Made by a program: the position numbers and the translations under genes | Shown here: positions 9,795 through 22,829 of the stretch, piece after piece | Numbering within the stretch: position 1 is the first letter of the stretch | Layout of the letters: each line of letters starts with the position of its first letter | The notes under the pieces: model-generated | The model's input: the letters and a program-made list of their open reading frames with translations, nothing else | What the model was told of the DNA's origin: nothing | Database searches by the model: none | Source: Squalus acanthias | Lineage: Eukaryota | NCBI GenBank assembly: GCA_030390025.1 | Contig: CM059425.1 | Coordinates: forward strand, 173,416,001 to 173,480,000 | Length of the DNA stretch: 64,000 nt | Direction: 5' to 3'

Positions 9795-12700
9795 TAATCT
9801 GCGCGCGCAGGTGGTCGCAGCGGTAAGTTTTAGCGCCGCCGCACAATCTCAAGTTAAGTTCTCGAGCGGCGCAAACATCGCTGCGCCCGGGCGTTAGCGG
9901 CTTTGCGCCCCATTAGCGCCCTCTTAAGGCGCTAACGGGAGGCGCAACCAAGTGAATTTTTACCCCTTTGTGTCTTAATGCAAGGAGCATTCGTAATAAG
10001 GTGGATGAATTAGCTGCGCAAATAGATGTAAACGGATATGATATAATTGGGATTACGGAGACATGGCTCCAGGGTGACCAAGGCTGGGAATTCAACATCC
10101 AGGGATATTCAATATTCAGGAAGGACAGACAAAAAGGAAAAGGAGGTGGGGTAGCATTGCTGGTTAAAGAGGAGATTAACACAATAGTAAGGAAGGATAT
10201 TAGCTCTGATGATGTGGAATCTGTATGGGTAGAGCTGAGAAATACCAAGGAGCAGAAAACGTTAGTGCGAGTTGTATACAGACCCCCAAACAGTAATGCT
10301 GAGGTTGGGGATGGCATTAAACGGGAAATTAGAGATGCGTGCAATAAGGGCACAGCAGTTATCATGGGTGACTTTAATCTACATATAGATTGGGCTAACC
10401 AAATTAGTAACAATACTATGGAGGAGGAATTCCTAGAGTGTATACGGGATGGTTTCCTGGACCAATATGTCGAGAAACCAACTAGAGATCAGGCCATCTT
10501 AGACTGGGTATTATGTAATGAGAAAGGATTAATTAGCAATCTTGTTGTGCGAGGCCCCTTGTGGAGGAGCGATCATAATATGATAGAATTCTTCATTGCG
10601 ATGGAGAGTGAAGTAGTTGACTCAGAGACTAGGGTCCTGAATTTAAATAAAGGAAACTACGATGGTATGAGGCGCGAGATGGGTCGGATGGATTGGGGAG
10701 CGTTACTTAAAGGGTTGATGGTGGATAGGAAATGGCAAACATTTAAAGATCGCATGGATGAACTACAGAATTTGTTCATCCCTGTTTGGCATAAAAATAA
10801 AACAAAAAAGGTGTCTCAACCATGGCTAACAAGGGAATTAGGGATAGCATAAGATCCAAGGAGAGGACATATAAATTGGCCAGAAAAAGCAGCAAACCTG
10901 AGGATTGGGAGCAGTATAGGATTCAGCAAAGGAGGACAAAGGGATTAATTAAGAGGGGGGAAATAGAGTATGAGAGTAAGCTTGCAGGGAACATAAAAAC
11001 TGACTGTAAAAGCTTCAATAGATATGTGAAGAGTAAAAGATTGGTGAAGTCAAGCGTAGGTCCCTTGCAGTCAGAATCAGGGGAATTTATAATGGGGAAC
11101 AAAGAAATGGCAGACCAATTAAATACATACTTTGGTTCTGTCTTCACAAAGGAGGACAGAAATAAACTCCCAGAGATGTTGGGGAACATAGGGTCTAATG
11201 AGAGGGAGGAATTCAATGAAATCAGTATTTGTAGGGAAATGGTGTTAGGGAAATTGACGGGATTGAAGGCCAATAAATCCCCAGGGCCTGATAATCTACA
11301 TCCTAGGGTACTTAAGGAAATGGCCCTAGAAATAGTAGATGCATTGCTGGTCATCTTTCCAAATTCTATAGACTGTGGAACAGTTACCATGGATTGGAGG
11401 GTAGCTAATGTAACCCCACTATTTAAAAAAGGTGGTAGAGAGAAAACGGGGAATTATAGACCGGTAAGCCTGACATCGGTAGTGGGCAAAATGCTAGAGT
11501 CCATTATAAAAGATGTAATAGCAGAGCACTTGGAAAACAGTGTCAGGATCGGACAAAGTCAACATGGATTTACAAAAGGTAAATCATGCTTGACTAATCT
11601 ACTGGAATTTTTTGAGGATGTAACTGGCAGAATAGATAAGGGAGAACCAGTGGATGTGGTGCATTTGGACTTTCAGAAGGCTTTCGATAAGGTCCCGCAT
11701 AAGAGATTAGCGTGCAAAGTTAAAGCACATGGGATTGGGGGTAAGGTACTGATTTGGATAGAGAACTGGTTGGCAGACAGGAAGCAAAGAGTTGGAATAA
11801 ACGGGTCTTTTTCCGAGTGGCAGGCAGTGACTAGTGGGGTACCGCAGGGGTCTAATGATCCCTCTCATTAGACCCTATGTTCCCCTAATATATACAGCTA
11901 CTCACAATATATATTAATGATCTAGACGAGGGAACTAGATGTAATATCTCTAAGTTTGCAGATGACACAAAGCTGGGTGGGCGTGTGTGCTGTGAGGAGG
12001 ATGCAGAGAAACTCCAGTATGATTTGGACAGGTTGGGTGATTAGGCAGATGCATGGCAGATGCAGTATAATGTGGATAAATGCAAGGTTATCCACTTTGG
12101 TGGCAAAAACAGGAAGACAGATTATTATCTGAACGGCAATAGATTGGGAAAAGGGGAAGTGCAACGAGATCTGGGAGTCCTTGTGCACCAGTCGCTGAAG
12201 GTAAGCATGCAGGTGCAGCAGGCGGTTAAGAAGGCAAATGATATGTTGGCCTTCATAGCGAGAGGATTCGAGGACAGGAGCAAGGATGTCTTGCTGCAGT
12301 TGTACAAGGCCTTGGTGAGACCACACCTTGAGTATTGTGTGCAGTTTTGGTCGCCTTACCTGAGGAATGATGTTCTTGCCATGGAGGGAGTGCAGCGAAG
12401 ATTTACCAGACTGATACCTGGGATGGCAGGAATGACGTATGAAGAGAGATTGGGTCGATTAGGCTTATATTCGCTGGAGTTTAGAAGAATCAGAGGGGAT
12501 CTCATTGAAACTTTTAAAATTCTAATAGGACTAGACACTAGATGCAGGAAGGATGATGTCGGGAACATAGGGTCTTATGAGAGGGAGGAACTGAAAGAAA
12601 TCAGTATTTGTAGGGAAATAGTGTTAGGGAAATTGACGGGATTGAAGGCCGATAAATCCCCAGGGCCTGATAATCTACATCCTAGGGTACTTAAGGAAGT

Positions 12701-14863
12701 GGCCCTAGAAATAGTAGATGCATTGCTGGTCATCTTCCAAAATTCTATAGACTCTGAAACAGTACCCATGGATTGGAGGATAGCTAATGTTACCCCACTA
12801 TTTAAAAAAGGTGGTAGAGAGAAAACGGGGAATTATAGACCAGTAAGCCTGACATCGGTAGTGGGCAAAATGCTAGAGTCCATTATAAAAGATGTAATAG
12901 CAGAGCACTTGGAAAACAGTGACAGGATGGATTTACAAAAGGTAAATCGTGCTTGACTAATCTACTGGAATTTTTTGAGGATGTAACTGGTAAAATAGAT
13001 AAGGGAGAACCAGTGGATGTGGTGTATTTGGACTTTCAGAAGGCTTTCGATAAGGTCCCGCATAAGAGATTAGCGTGTAAAGTTAAGGCACATGGGATTG
13101 GGGGCAAGGTATTGACTTGGATGGAGAACTGGTTGGCAGACAGAAATCAAAGAGTTGGAATAAATGGGTCTTTTTCCGAGTGGCAGGCAGTGACTAGTGG
13201 GGTACCGCAGGGATCGGTCCTTGGACCCCAGCTATTCACAATATATATTAATGATCTAGACGAGGGAATTGGATGTAATATCTCCAAGTTTGTAGACGAC
13301 ACAAAGCTGGGTGGGAGTGTGTGCCGTGAGGAGGATGCCGAGAAACTCCAGTATGATTTGGACAAGTTGGGTGATTGGGCAGAAGCATGTCAGATGCAAT
13401 ATAATGTGGATAAATGCGAGGTTATCCACTTTGGTGTCAAAAATAGGAAGGCAGATTATTATCTGAATGGCATTAGATTGGGAGAAGGGGAAGTGCAACG
13501 AGACCTGGGTGTCCTTGTGCACCAGTCGCTGAAGGTAAGCATACAGGTGCAGCAGGCGGTGAAGAAGGCAAATGGTATGTTGGCCTTCGTAGCGAAAGGG
13601 TTCGAGTACAGGAACAAGGATGTCTTGCTGCAGTTGTACAGGGCCTTGGTGAGACCACATCTTGAGTATTGTGTGCAGTTTTGGTCGCCTTACCTGAGGA
13701 AGGATGTTCTTGCCATGGAGGGAGTGCAGCGAAGATTCACCAGGCTGATAACTGGGATGGCAGGAATGACGTATGAGGAGAGATTGGGTCGATTGGGCTT
13801 ATAATCGCTGGAGTTTAGAAGAATGAGAGGGGATCTCATTGAAACTTATGAAATTCTAACAGGACTAGACCGACTAGATGCAGGAAGGATGTTCCCGATG
13901 GTGGGGGAGTCCAGAACCAGAGGTCACAGTCTAAGGATAAGGGGTAAGCCATTTAGGACTGAGATGAGGAGGAATTTCTTCACCCAGAGAGTGGTGAACC
14001 TGTGGAATTCTCTACCACAGAAGGCAGTTGAGGCCAATTCATTAAATATATTCAAGAAGGAGATAGATATATGTCTTAAGGCTAAAGGGATCAAGGGATA
14101 TGGGGAGAAAGCAGGGACAGGGTACTGAATTTGGATGATCAGCCATGATCTCATTAAATGGTGGAGCAGGCTCGAGGGGCCGAATGGCCTACTCCAGCTC
14201 CTATCTTCTATGCTAATCAGCTATGATAAATATGTTTGCTTTGCCTATCTTGTGCAGCGGGAGTTAGAAACACCTATCATAGCCTTCCCTGCAGTATGCA
14301 TCTGGCTAATTCTCACTACAGGTAACAGGCCAGTCTCACATCATGGGGAGTCTGCAATAAGGTCACCTTCCAGTTGTAATCCAATTCTTTCTCACTGCCT
14401 GAGCAGAGTCAGGAAAGAATTGGAAAACCAACAGAAAAATTGTAAGGAGAGGGAGTGAGGCAGGTAAATAGACTTTATAGGAATCTTGTATCTACTGGCA
14501 TCATGTACTGTTATGACTTTTAGTTGTGACAGTGTAACTGAGTGATCTGAGCAGCATAACAGTGGACTGGGCTGTAACTAAGAAATACATTGCTTTTCTT
14601 GTGTCTTAGTAAAGGTGCTTTTATTTAATGTATATTTTCCAGCCCTCCATCTGAACTTGGTGACAAAGGAAGAAAGGCATTTCTGGGTTAGAGGGTGCAG
14701 TGGACTCCCATTGGAAAAGTTTCTGCAGACTTCATTATACACCACCCATGAAAACCACAGTGAAACCATTCCAGGGTGGTGCAGCAACACTTAATGGTAA
14801 GAAAAAGACAACACCACAAAAATGAAAAGTAAAGCAAAATTGCTAAACGAAAATGAACTCTTT

Positions 14864-16655
14864 GGTCTAAAAATTTGATTACGCTGCGCCCATTTTTAAG
14901 GAGCTAAATGGGTACATAAGCATTCAATATGGCAGGTAGGAAGCGCGCGCTGATTATGTGCTGTAACTGCTTTGCCCGCCATATGGGATCGGGCACCTGC
15001 GTAGGCATCCAGGGCACTTACCGGAACTATTTAAAATTATGAACAAAATATTTAAATTAGGGTCTTAGGACCCTTTCCTGATATTGGTCTGCTCCAGCAC
15101 CTGACTTGCCACATGATAAACTCGCCCAGATACTCATGGTGCTAACAGTCAGGAAGGACACTTCAGCAGCACTATTTAAAGAGATCATCCAATACTTACA
15201 GGTAAGTTGTGGTTTCTCATTTCAGACTGCTAGTTAACTTCTGGGTGATTTTGGCCTGTTATCTGTGAAAATGTAATTCTGACTGCTGAGAAGATCTTGC
15301 TGGTGCTGCACTGTTTTTGACTGCCTTCTATATCTTGTTCCCCATGAGCAGAGCGAAGCAAGACAGGAGAGCACTAGGCCTCGCCCGCCTGCCAGGCTTC
15401 CTCAGAGTGCAATATGCCATAGATGGCACCCACATTGCTTTGTGTGCTCCCCATAACCAGCCTGGCATTTTATCAATCAAAAGGGATTATATTCCCTCAA
15501 CGTACAGCCAGTTTATGAGCATGCAGGACATCATGCAAGTCTGTGCGCAGTATCCTGGCAGCAGTCATAACTCATTCATTCTGTGCCAGTCCACTGTGCT
15601 GGCTTTATTCCAGCCAGGCCGCCAGGTTACCGGGTGGCTACTTGGCGACAAGGGACATTCCCTCCAGACATGGCTCATGACTCCTGTCAGGAACCCGGGC
15701 ACAGATGCAGAGCTGGCCTCCAACAAGAGCAATGCTGCCACCAGAAACGTCATCGAACAAACAATCGATGTGCTCATGCAATACTTCCATTACCTGCACT
15801 GTTCTGAAGAAACTTTGCAGTACAGCCCTGAGTGGGTATCCAGATTTGCGGTTGTCTGCTGTATGGTCCATAACTTTGCTATCATGAGGGACCAGCCCTG
15901 ACCACCACCTGGGCAGCAAGAGGTGCAGCAGGGGCAAGAGCGGGAAATGCATCGACCACCAGTGCCCCGAGCTGCCAGCAATCTAAGAGAGTAGCTCATT
16001 GAAGAGCGCTACCTAAACCATCCCTCCCATCCTCAATACACCAACAGTCCCACAGTCCGTATCAGCACCGTCCTTACTACCACCATCTGATTACTTTCCT
16101 TCAGTCCAGCATTATGGGTCTTGCCCTCATTTCACTACAAATATATACACCAACACCAAATCCAGAACAAAAAACAAGTTTATCAAACAACTCAATTTCA
16201 TCTCTATCTAACAGCTAACAGAAATAATTATGTATTACCCTTGTGCAAGCCCTTAATGCCTGTCTTTGGTGCCCATTTATCTATCCTAGAGCTCCTATGA
16301 AGTATTTCCCTAGTGGCTACAGCTTTGGAGGTGGAAGGCTGCTGAGCTTCCATTGAAGATACTTTAGATGCTCGTGGTGGGCGACCTCAAGCAGCTCTGG
16401 GCCTTGAGGGCCCCTCTGCAGATTGCAGTATCTCGGCCTGTGCCTGTGGCAATAACAAGGGCACTGGCAGAGTGGGTGATAGGGGAGCAGTCATCCTATC
16501 ATCCTGAGAGGGGACAACAAATACCTCTCCCATGGAGCCAAAGCCACTTTCCTGGGACTGCACCTCTTAACTACGACCTCCAAAGCAGCACTGAAGAACC
16601 TGGGGGCATGATGTGCGGATCTGGCAGCCATCTGGCTATCTGTACTTTGAGAGCT
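14864..16655 (+). mobile_element. Degenerate older Harbinger (TIR remnant, transposase pseudogene, convergent Myb-gene 3' remnant)
   Basis: GGTCTAAAAATT at 14864; ORF 15317-15901 with AIDGTH, YPGSSHN, WLLGDKG, NVIEQTI; 16230-16650 resembles the Myb-gene 3' end on -. Confidence 0.75.
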
Positions 16656-16717
16656 GATTAAAAAAATTATAGAACTATGTTAGTGCTTTATTTACAGTGG
16701 AACCACTTAAAAATATT

Positions 16718-16864
16718 GGCCCTGAAATTCTGCAGGGGTTCTCTCAATGCCTTAACTCCAGCAGGGGACTGGCCAGGGAAGTGGCGGAGACCTGGTGTAA
16801 CTCCACCTCTTTCGCCAGAGTTATAGCGGGAGACCAGGAGAACCCCCTCAAAAATTTCAGGTCT
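16718..16864. mobile_element. Possible ~150-bp mini-MITE
   Basis: Imperfect terminal IR ggccctgaaattctgcaggggttctc vs gagaaccccctcaaaaatttcaggtct; no clean TSD. Confidence 0.4.
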
Positions 16865-17284
16865 CTTCGGCCCTACATGTGCTACTACCCAGAAAAATAA
16901 CTCTGGATATTCGCTGGTGTTATTCTCTGTTGAGTGCTTTAATCCATCTATTGAAATATTTAAATTCACTGCTAATGGAATCGGTCTGAAAATTTGTTTC
17001 TCAGTGATAAGAAAGAAGAGTACACACACATCAGACCAAGGAAGGAAAAATATATCATCCCCAGTTGCAAAATAAATGAGAAGTTGAGGTGCCACCCAAT
17101 TGGAGACGAGTGAGTTCTAGCCCATTTATTAAGGGATGGAGAGCAAGTCAGGAATCCATTTTGTATTACACCCTAAGGCTAAAAGCCACCATAACTTTTC
17201 TGACACTGGCAGGCTTCACAGAGGTAACAAACAGCCTGATACCGAGGTTAAACAACACATTGAATAGTTTAGTAAGGGGGAGAG

Positions 17285-17950
17285 TATGCAGTGGGTGCCT
17301 CAGGGCTTGATGTTAGGACCTCTACTGTTTCTAATTTACAACAATGACCTGGATTCAGAAATTCAATACAAAGTGGTCAAATTTGCAGATGATACAAAAC
17401 TAAGAGGGTCAATGAAGAAGCATCTTAGAAATTACAGAATGAGCTGGCCAAAATCTGTAAGTGGGCAGTACAACAACAGATGAAATTTAAAGCAGATAAT
17501 TGTAAAGTGCTACGCATAGGAAGAAAAACTTGATGACACGTGTACTCCATGAATGGTGGTGGAAAACCTAAGGATGAAGCTGAAGGAGACCTAGGTGTAG
17601 TCATTTACGCTCTGCTAAACATACCTGGCCAATGCATAGGAGCAACCAACAAAGCCAATCGGCTATCCTCCTTAGATATGGGAGCAGTGTCAGAGGACTG
17701 GAGGATTGCAAATGTTATACCCCTGTTCAAAAAAGGGGTGAGGGATGAACCCAACAATTACAGGGCAGTTAGCCTAACGTTGGTGGTGGGGAAACTTTTA
17801 CAGACAATAATGCAAGACAAAATTAATTGGCACTTGAAAAAATATGGGTTAATAAATAACAGCCAGCACGGATGTGTTAAAGGCAAATCATGTTTGACTA
17901 ACTTGATTGAGTTCTTTGATGAAGTAACAAAGAGGGTTGGTGAAGGTAGT
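17285..17950 (+). mobile_element. Two abutting degenerate CR1 ORF2 fragments
   Basis: [17 protein letters not shown], then DWRIANVIPLFKKG...[11 protein letters not shown]. Confidence 0.75.
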
Positions 17951-20900
17951 TCTGAGTACTGGTAAGGGCGATGGTTTCTCTGGGGTGTGCAGCCAGAGTC
18001 AAGTCCACGACACCATGGGTGGCTCAGCTGCACAGGGGGGGAGGAAAAAGAGTGGAAGAGCAATAGTGGTAGGGGATTCAATAGTTAGGGGAGCAGACAG
18101 ACGTTGCTGCAGCCGTAGACGTGACTCCAGGATGGTATGTTGCCTCCCTGGAGCCAGGGTCAAGGATGTCACTGAGCAGCTGCAGAACACTCTGAGGGGG
18201 GAGGGTGAACAGCCAGAGGTCGTGGTCCATATCGGTACCAACGACATAGGCAGAAAGAGAGATGAGGTCCTGCAGGCAGAGTTTAGGGAGCTAGGAGAGA
18301 GATTAAAAAGCAGGACATCAAAGGTAGTAATCTCCGGATTACTCCCGGTGCCACGTACTAGTGAGTACAGGAATAGGAGGATAGAACAGATGAATGCGTG
18401 GCTGGAGAGATGGTGCAGGAGAGAGGGCTTTAGATTTCTGAGGCATTAGGACCGTTTCTGGGGAAAGTGGGACCTGTACAAGCCGGACGGGTTACACCTC
18501 AACAGAGCCGGCACCAATATTCTCGCGGGGAGGTTTGTTAGTGCTGCTGGGGAGGGTTTAAACTAGCTTGGCAGGGGGATGGGCACCAGCATAGGGGAGT
18601 AGAAAAGAGGAATATGGTGCATAAAAGAGTGAGTGTGTTGGATAGTACTAGAGGCGATAGTAGTACCATATTAGATAGGAGCAGACTAAGAAAGACTACA
18701 AAAAATTCAAAAATGGGTTTAGAATGCATGTATGTAACGCACAAAGTGTGGTGAATAAGATTGGTGAGCTACAAGCACAATTAGCCGTGTGGCAAAATGA
18801 TGTGGCAATAACGGAAACGTGGCTTAAAAACGGTGAGGACTGGGCACTTAATATTCAAGGGTACAAGGTGTTCAGAAAAGATATGGAAGGAAAAAAGGGA
18901 GGTGGGGTGGCAGTGCTGATTAAGGAAGACATTGTAGTGATTGAAAGGGAGGATGTTCTTGAGGGGACAAGGACAGAATCCATTTGGTTAGAGTTGAGGA
19001 GCAAAAAGGGTATGATCACGCTATTGGGCGTATTCTACAGGCCTCCAAATAGTGAGAGGGAGGTAGAGGAGCAAATCTGCAGGGAAATCGCAGAGATGTG
19101 CAAGAGCTATAGAGTGGTGAAATTGGGGGACTTTAATTACCCAAATATCGATTGGGATAATGCTAGGGTAAAGGGAAAGGATGGGGAGGAATTTCTGAAA
19201 CGTGTTCAGGAGAATTTCCTTGACCAATATGTTACAGCCCAACTAGGAAGGAGGCATTGCTGGATCTGGTGCTGGGGAATGAGGTGGGCCAGGTCGACCA
19301 AGTGTCTGTGGGAGAACACTTGAGTACGAGTGATCATCGTATCATGAGATTTAGATTAGCAATGGAGAGGAGCAAGGAACAATCTAGAGTGGAACTTCTA
19401 AACTGGAATAGGGCTAACTTCAATGGGATGCGAAAGGATCTAGCCAGGGTAAAATGGAACCAAATGGGTGATCTGTAAGGAGGAGAGGTTCCAAGTACAG
19501 GCTAGGTATATTCCAACAAGAGGGAAGGGTAAGGGAACCAAAGCAAGGGCTCCTTGGATGACGAGGGAGATAGAGAAGATGATGAAACAAAAAAAGAGGG
19601 TGTATGATGCATATCAGGTGAATTCTTCAAGGGAGAACCAGACCAAATACAATAAGTTGAGAATGGAAGTGAAGATGAAAATACGATTGGCAAAGAGAGA
19701 ATATGAGAGTAGAATGGCGGTTAACATAAAAGGGAACCCAAAAATCTTCTACTGGCACATAAACAGTAAGCGGGTAGCAAGAGGCGGGGTGGGGCCTATT
19801 GCTTATATATGCTTAGAGGTGCAGGGCAAGGCTAGAATACTCAATGAATACATTGTATCGGTGTTTACTAAGGAGGTGGATGCTGACAAAATATTGGTAG
19901 AAGTGGAAAAGGTAGAAGCAATGGAAGGGGTGAAAATTGATAGACAGGATTTACTAGAAAGGCTGGGTATGCTTAGAGTGGACAAGTCACCTTGTCCAGA
20001 AGGCTTGCATCCCAAGTTGCTAAGGGAATTGGGGGAGGAGATAGCGGAAGAGCTTGCCATAATTTTCCAATCTTCCCTAGATGTGGGGGAGGTGCCTAAG
20101 GATTGGAAAGTGGCAAATGTGACACCATTGTTCAAGAAAGGGTGTAAGGACAATCTTAGTAACTACAGGCCGGTCAGTTTAACATCAGTGGTGAGTAAAG
20201 TTTTAGGAACAATAATCAAGGAAAAAATTAACGGACACTTGGAGAGGTTTACGCTAATTAAGGAGAGCCAACACGGATTTGTAAAAGGTAGATCGTGTTT
20301 GACTAATCTAATTGAATTTTTTGATGAAGTAACAGGGAGGATTGATGAAGGGAATGCAATGGATGTTGTCTGCATGGATTTTCGGAAGGCGTTTGACAAA
20401 GTACCACATAGAAGGCTGGTTAACAAACTTGAGGCTCATGGAATAGGTGGGTCAGTGGCAGCTTGGATAAGGAATTGGCATAAGGACAGAAAACAGCGAG
20501 TTGTGGTAAATGGCTGTTTTTCAGACTGGAGGATGGTAGACAGTGGTGTTCCCCAAGGGTCAGTGCTGGGGCCACAGCTTGTTTTGATATATATAAATGA
20601 CCTGGATATTGGAATACAAAGTAGAATTTCTAAATTTGCCGATGACACCAAACTTGTGGGTGTGGTAAACAGTGATGTTGATACCAATTGACTGCAACAG
20701 GACATAGAAAGGCTGACAGAATGGGCAGACAAGTGGCAGATGGAATTTAATACAGAGAAGTATGAGGTGATGCATTTTGGCAGAAAGAACAGGGAGAGGC
20801 AATATACACTTAATGACACAGTTTTAAAGAGTGTGCAGGGACAGAGGGACCTAGGAGTTAATGTGCATAGGTCCCTGAAGGTGGCAGGACATATTGAGAG

Positions 20901-21392
20901 AGTAGTTAACAAAGCATATGGGATCTTGGGCTTCATAAATAGAGGTATTGAGTACAAAAGTAGAGAAGATATGCTGAACCTTTATAAAGCGCTGGTTAGG
21001 CCACAACTGGAGTATTGCGTCCAGTTCTGGTCACCACACTTTAGGAAGGATGGGAAGGCCCTTGAGAGGGTGCAGAGGAGATTTACCAGAATGGTTCCGA
21101 AGATGGGGGGATCTTAGCTACAAGGACAGGTTGGAGAAGCTGGATTTGTTTTCATTAGAGCAAAGGAGGTTGAGAGGTGATTTGATAGAGGTGTACAAGA
21201 TTATGACGGGTTTGGATAGGCTAGACGGGGAAAGGCTGTTCCCACTAGTTGATGGTACAAGGACTAGGGGACACAGATTTAAGGTTTTCGGCAAGAGATA
21301 CAGGGGTGACGTGAGGAAAAACTTTTTTACGCAGCGAGTGGTGATGACCTGGAATTCACTGCCGACGGAAGTGGTGGAAGCGGAGACACTCA
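17951..21392 (+). mobile_element. Near-complete CR1 LINE (ORF1 esterase plus frameshifted ORF2), 3' end lost at a MITE fragment
   Basis: ORFs 17937-18449, 18724-19323, 19468-20691 and 20740-21427 carry GDSIV, APE and RT motifs in order. Confidence 0.9.
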
Positions 21393-21656
21393 GGGGGAAA
21401 AATTCAGTTGGTTGCGCCTCCCGTTAGCGCCTTAAGAGGGTGCTAATGGGACGCAAAGCATCTAGCGCCCGGGCGCGGCGATGTTTGCACCGCTCACGAA
21501 ATTAACTAGACATTTTGCAGCGGCACTAAACACTACCACCACGATCTCCTGCGCCGGCAGATCGTGACGTCAGTCGAGTGCGCAATGCCCCGGTAGCGCC
21601 CCGGAGCGGATATTGAGTGGCGCCCCCTGCCTTACCGCCTGCCGCTCGCAACGACA
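21393..21656 (+). mobile_element. One-ended fragment of Harbinger MITE-A
   Basis: Starts GGGGGAAAAATTCAGTTGG and is colinear with 23613- and 53520- for ~260 bp. Confidence 0.88.
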
Positions 21657-21719
21657 CTCATCTGTGAAAAGCAAGACAAAGCACTCGCTTAGTATCTCAG
21701 TTATTACTAAATCCTCAAT

Positions 21720-22379
21720 AACAACAGAAAACGCTGGAAAAACTCAGCAGGCGTTCAGTCCGTAAGGGGGACCCCGAGCTCCCGGTCGCCTGTCACTTTA
21801 ATTCACCGCTTCACTCCCACTCTGACCTCACCGTCCTCGGCCTATTACACTGTTCCACGGAAGCGCAGCGTAAGCTCGAGGAACAGCACCTCATCTTTCG
21901 TTTAGGCACGCTACAGCCCTCTGGACTCAATATCGAGTTCAACAATTTTAGATCATAACCTTAGCCCCATCACATTTATATTTTATTTTCTCATCCACCC
22001 TTTTATTTGCACCCTCCCTTTTTTTTTCCTCCTAGAAGCTGGCAGCTGTCCTTCATTCTGCCATTGCATTTCACACTTCTTTCAGCTTTAACCTGTCACA
22101 TTAACACCACCTCTTGCCTTGATATCTCTTAATGTCTCTTAATGTCTCTTAATGTCTCTTAATCTCTCCTTTTGTTCTTTTATCCCCTCCCCCTTTTCCC
22201 AGCTTTATCCTTGCTTTAAATCTATTTGATTTCCTGCTGTCTCCAGTTCTGATGAAAGGTCTTCGACCTGAAACGTTAACTCCGTTTCTCTCTCCACGGA
22301 TGCTGCCTCGCCTGCTGAGTTTTTCCAGCGTTTTCTATTGTTATTTCGGATTTCCAGCATCTGCAGTATTTTGCTATCA
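21720..22379 (+). mobile_element. 5'-truncated Penelope-like element (GIY-YIG C-terminus plus pLTR) with an inverted 5' pLTR piece and 18-bp TSD
   Basis: 21752-21958 reads RSVRKGDPELPVACHFNSPLHSHSDLTVLGLLHCSTEAQRKLEEQHLIFRLGTLQPSGLNIEFNNFRS*; 21721-21752 is the reverse complement of 22310-22341; tattactaaatcctcaat at 21702-21719 and 22380-22397. Confidence 0.88.
22245..22281 (+). ncRNA. Minimal type I hammerhead ribozyme motif (Penelope pLTR)
   Basis: AGUU-CUGAUGA-A-AGGUC-UUC-GACCU-GAA-ACGU-U-AACU: stem I, core, stem II and palindromic stem III. Confidence 0.8.
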
Positions 22380-22829
22380 TATTACTAAATCCTCAATGAA
22401 AAGAATTCCTTTCTCATTACCAAACATCCCCTCCTCTTGTGTGCACTGCTGAGTGCCAAAATATTATTACCTAATCTCTATCAGTACATTACTTCACTCT
22501 GTTTTATGGAACAGGACATCTTTGCACAGTGCGCTTATGAAATATTATGCTTATGATAAATAACGTGCAGTGAAACCTTGATTATTTATGTACTCCCATC
22601 ATCCAGAAGAATTATATTGGGCAATGTGTTTGTTTTGCATAAATAAACTGTAAAGCAATTGAGCATTTTTAATTGATTTTTGACAGACACTGGCTTCTTG
22701 ATCCAGCAGGATGAGTAGTTGTTATCTGGAGTAGAAAATGTGGGTCTTACTCACAACCTGATTAGGTAATTGAAACAGATCAAAGGTAATATAAATAGAT
22801 TTTAAAAAATATAAGTATTCACGACTTCT

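Larger units (their letters stand above)
5773..9966. mobile_element. Full-length PIF/Harbinger DNA transposon (4194 bp, two convergent genes)
   Basis: TIRs GGGGTAGAAATT / AATTTTTACCCC (11/12 match); TSD TTT at 5770-5772 and 9967-9969; Myb/SANT gene on +, DDE transposase on -. Confidence 0.96.
5245..14212 (+). mobile_element. CR1 LINE (ORF1 C-terminus plus ORF2), split by the Harbinger at 5773-9966 and carrying an internal ORF2 duplication
   Basis: Removing 5773-9969 restores agc ctg aag gct ttg tgt ctt aat gca (SLKALCLNA); ORF2 pieces at 9968-14128; tail ttctatg ends at 14212. Confidence 0.9.

Noticed and set aside
22125..22166. (tctcttaatg)n repeat
   Set aside because: Simple slippage repeat in the Penelope 3' region.
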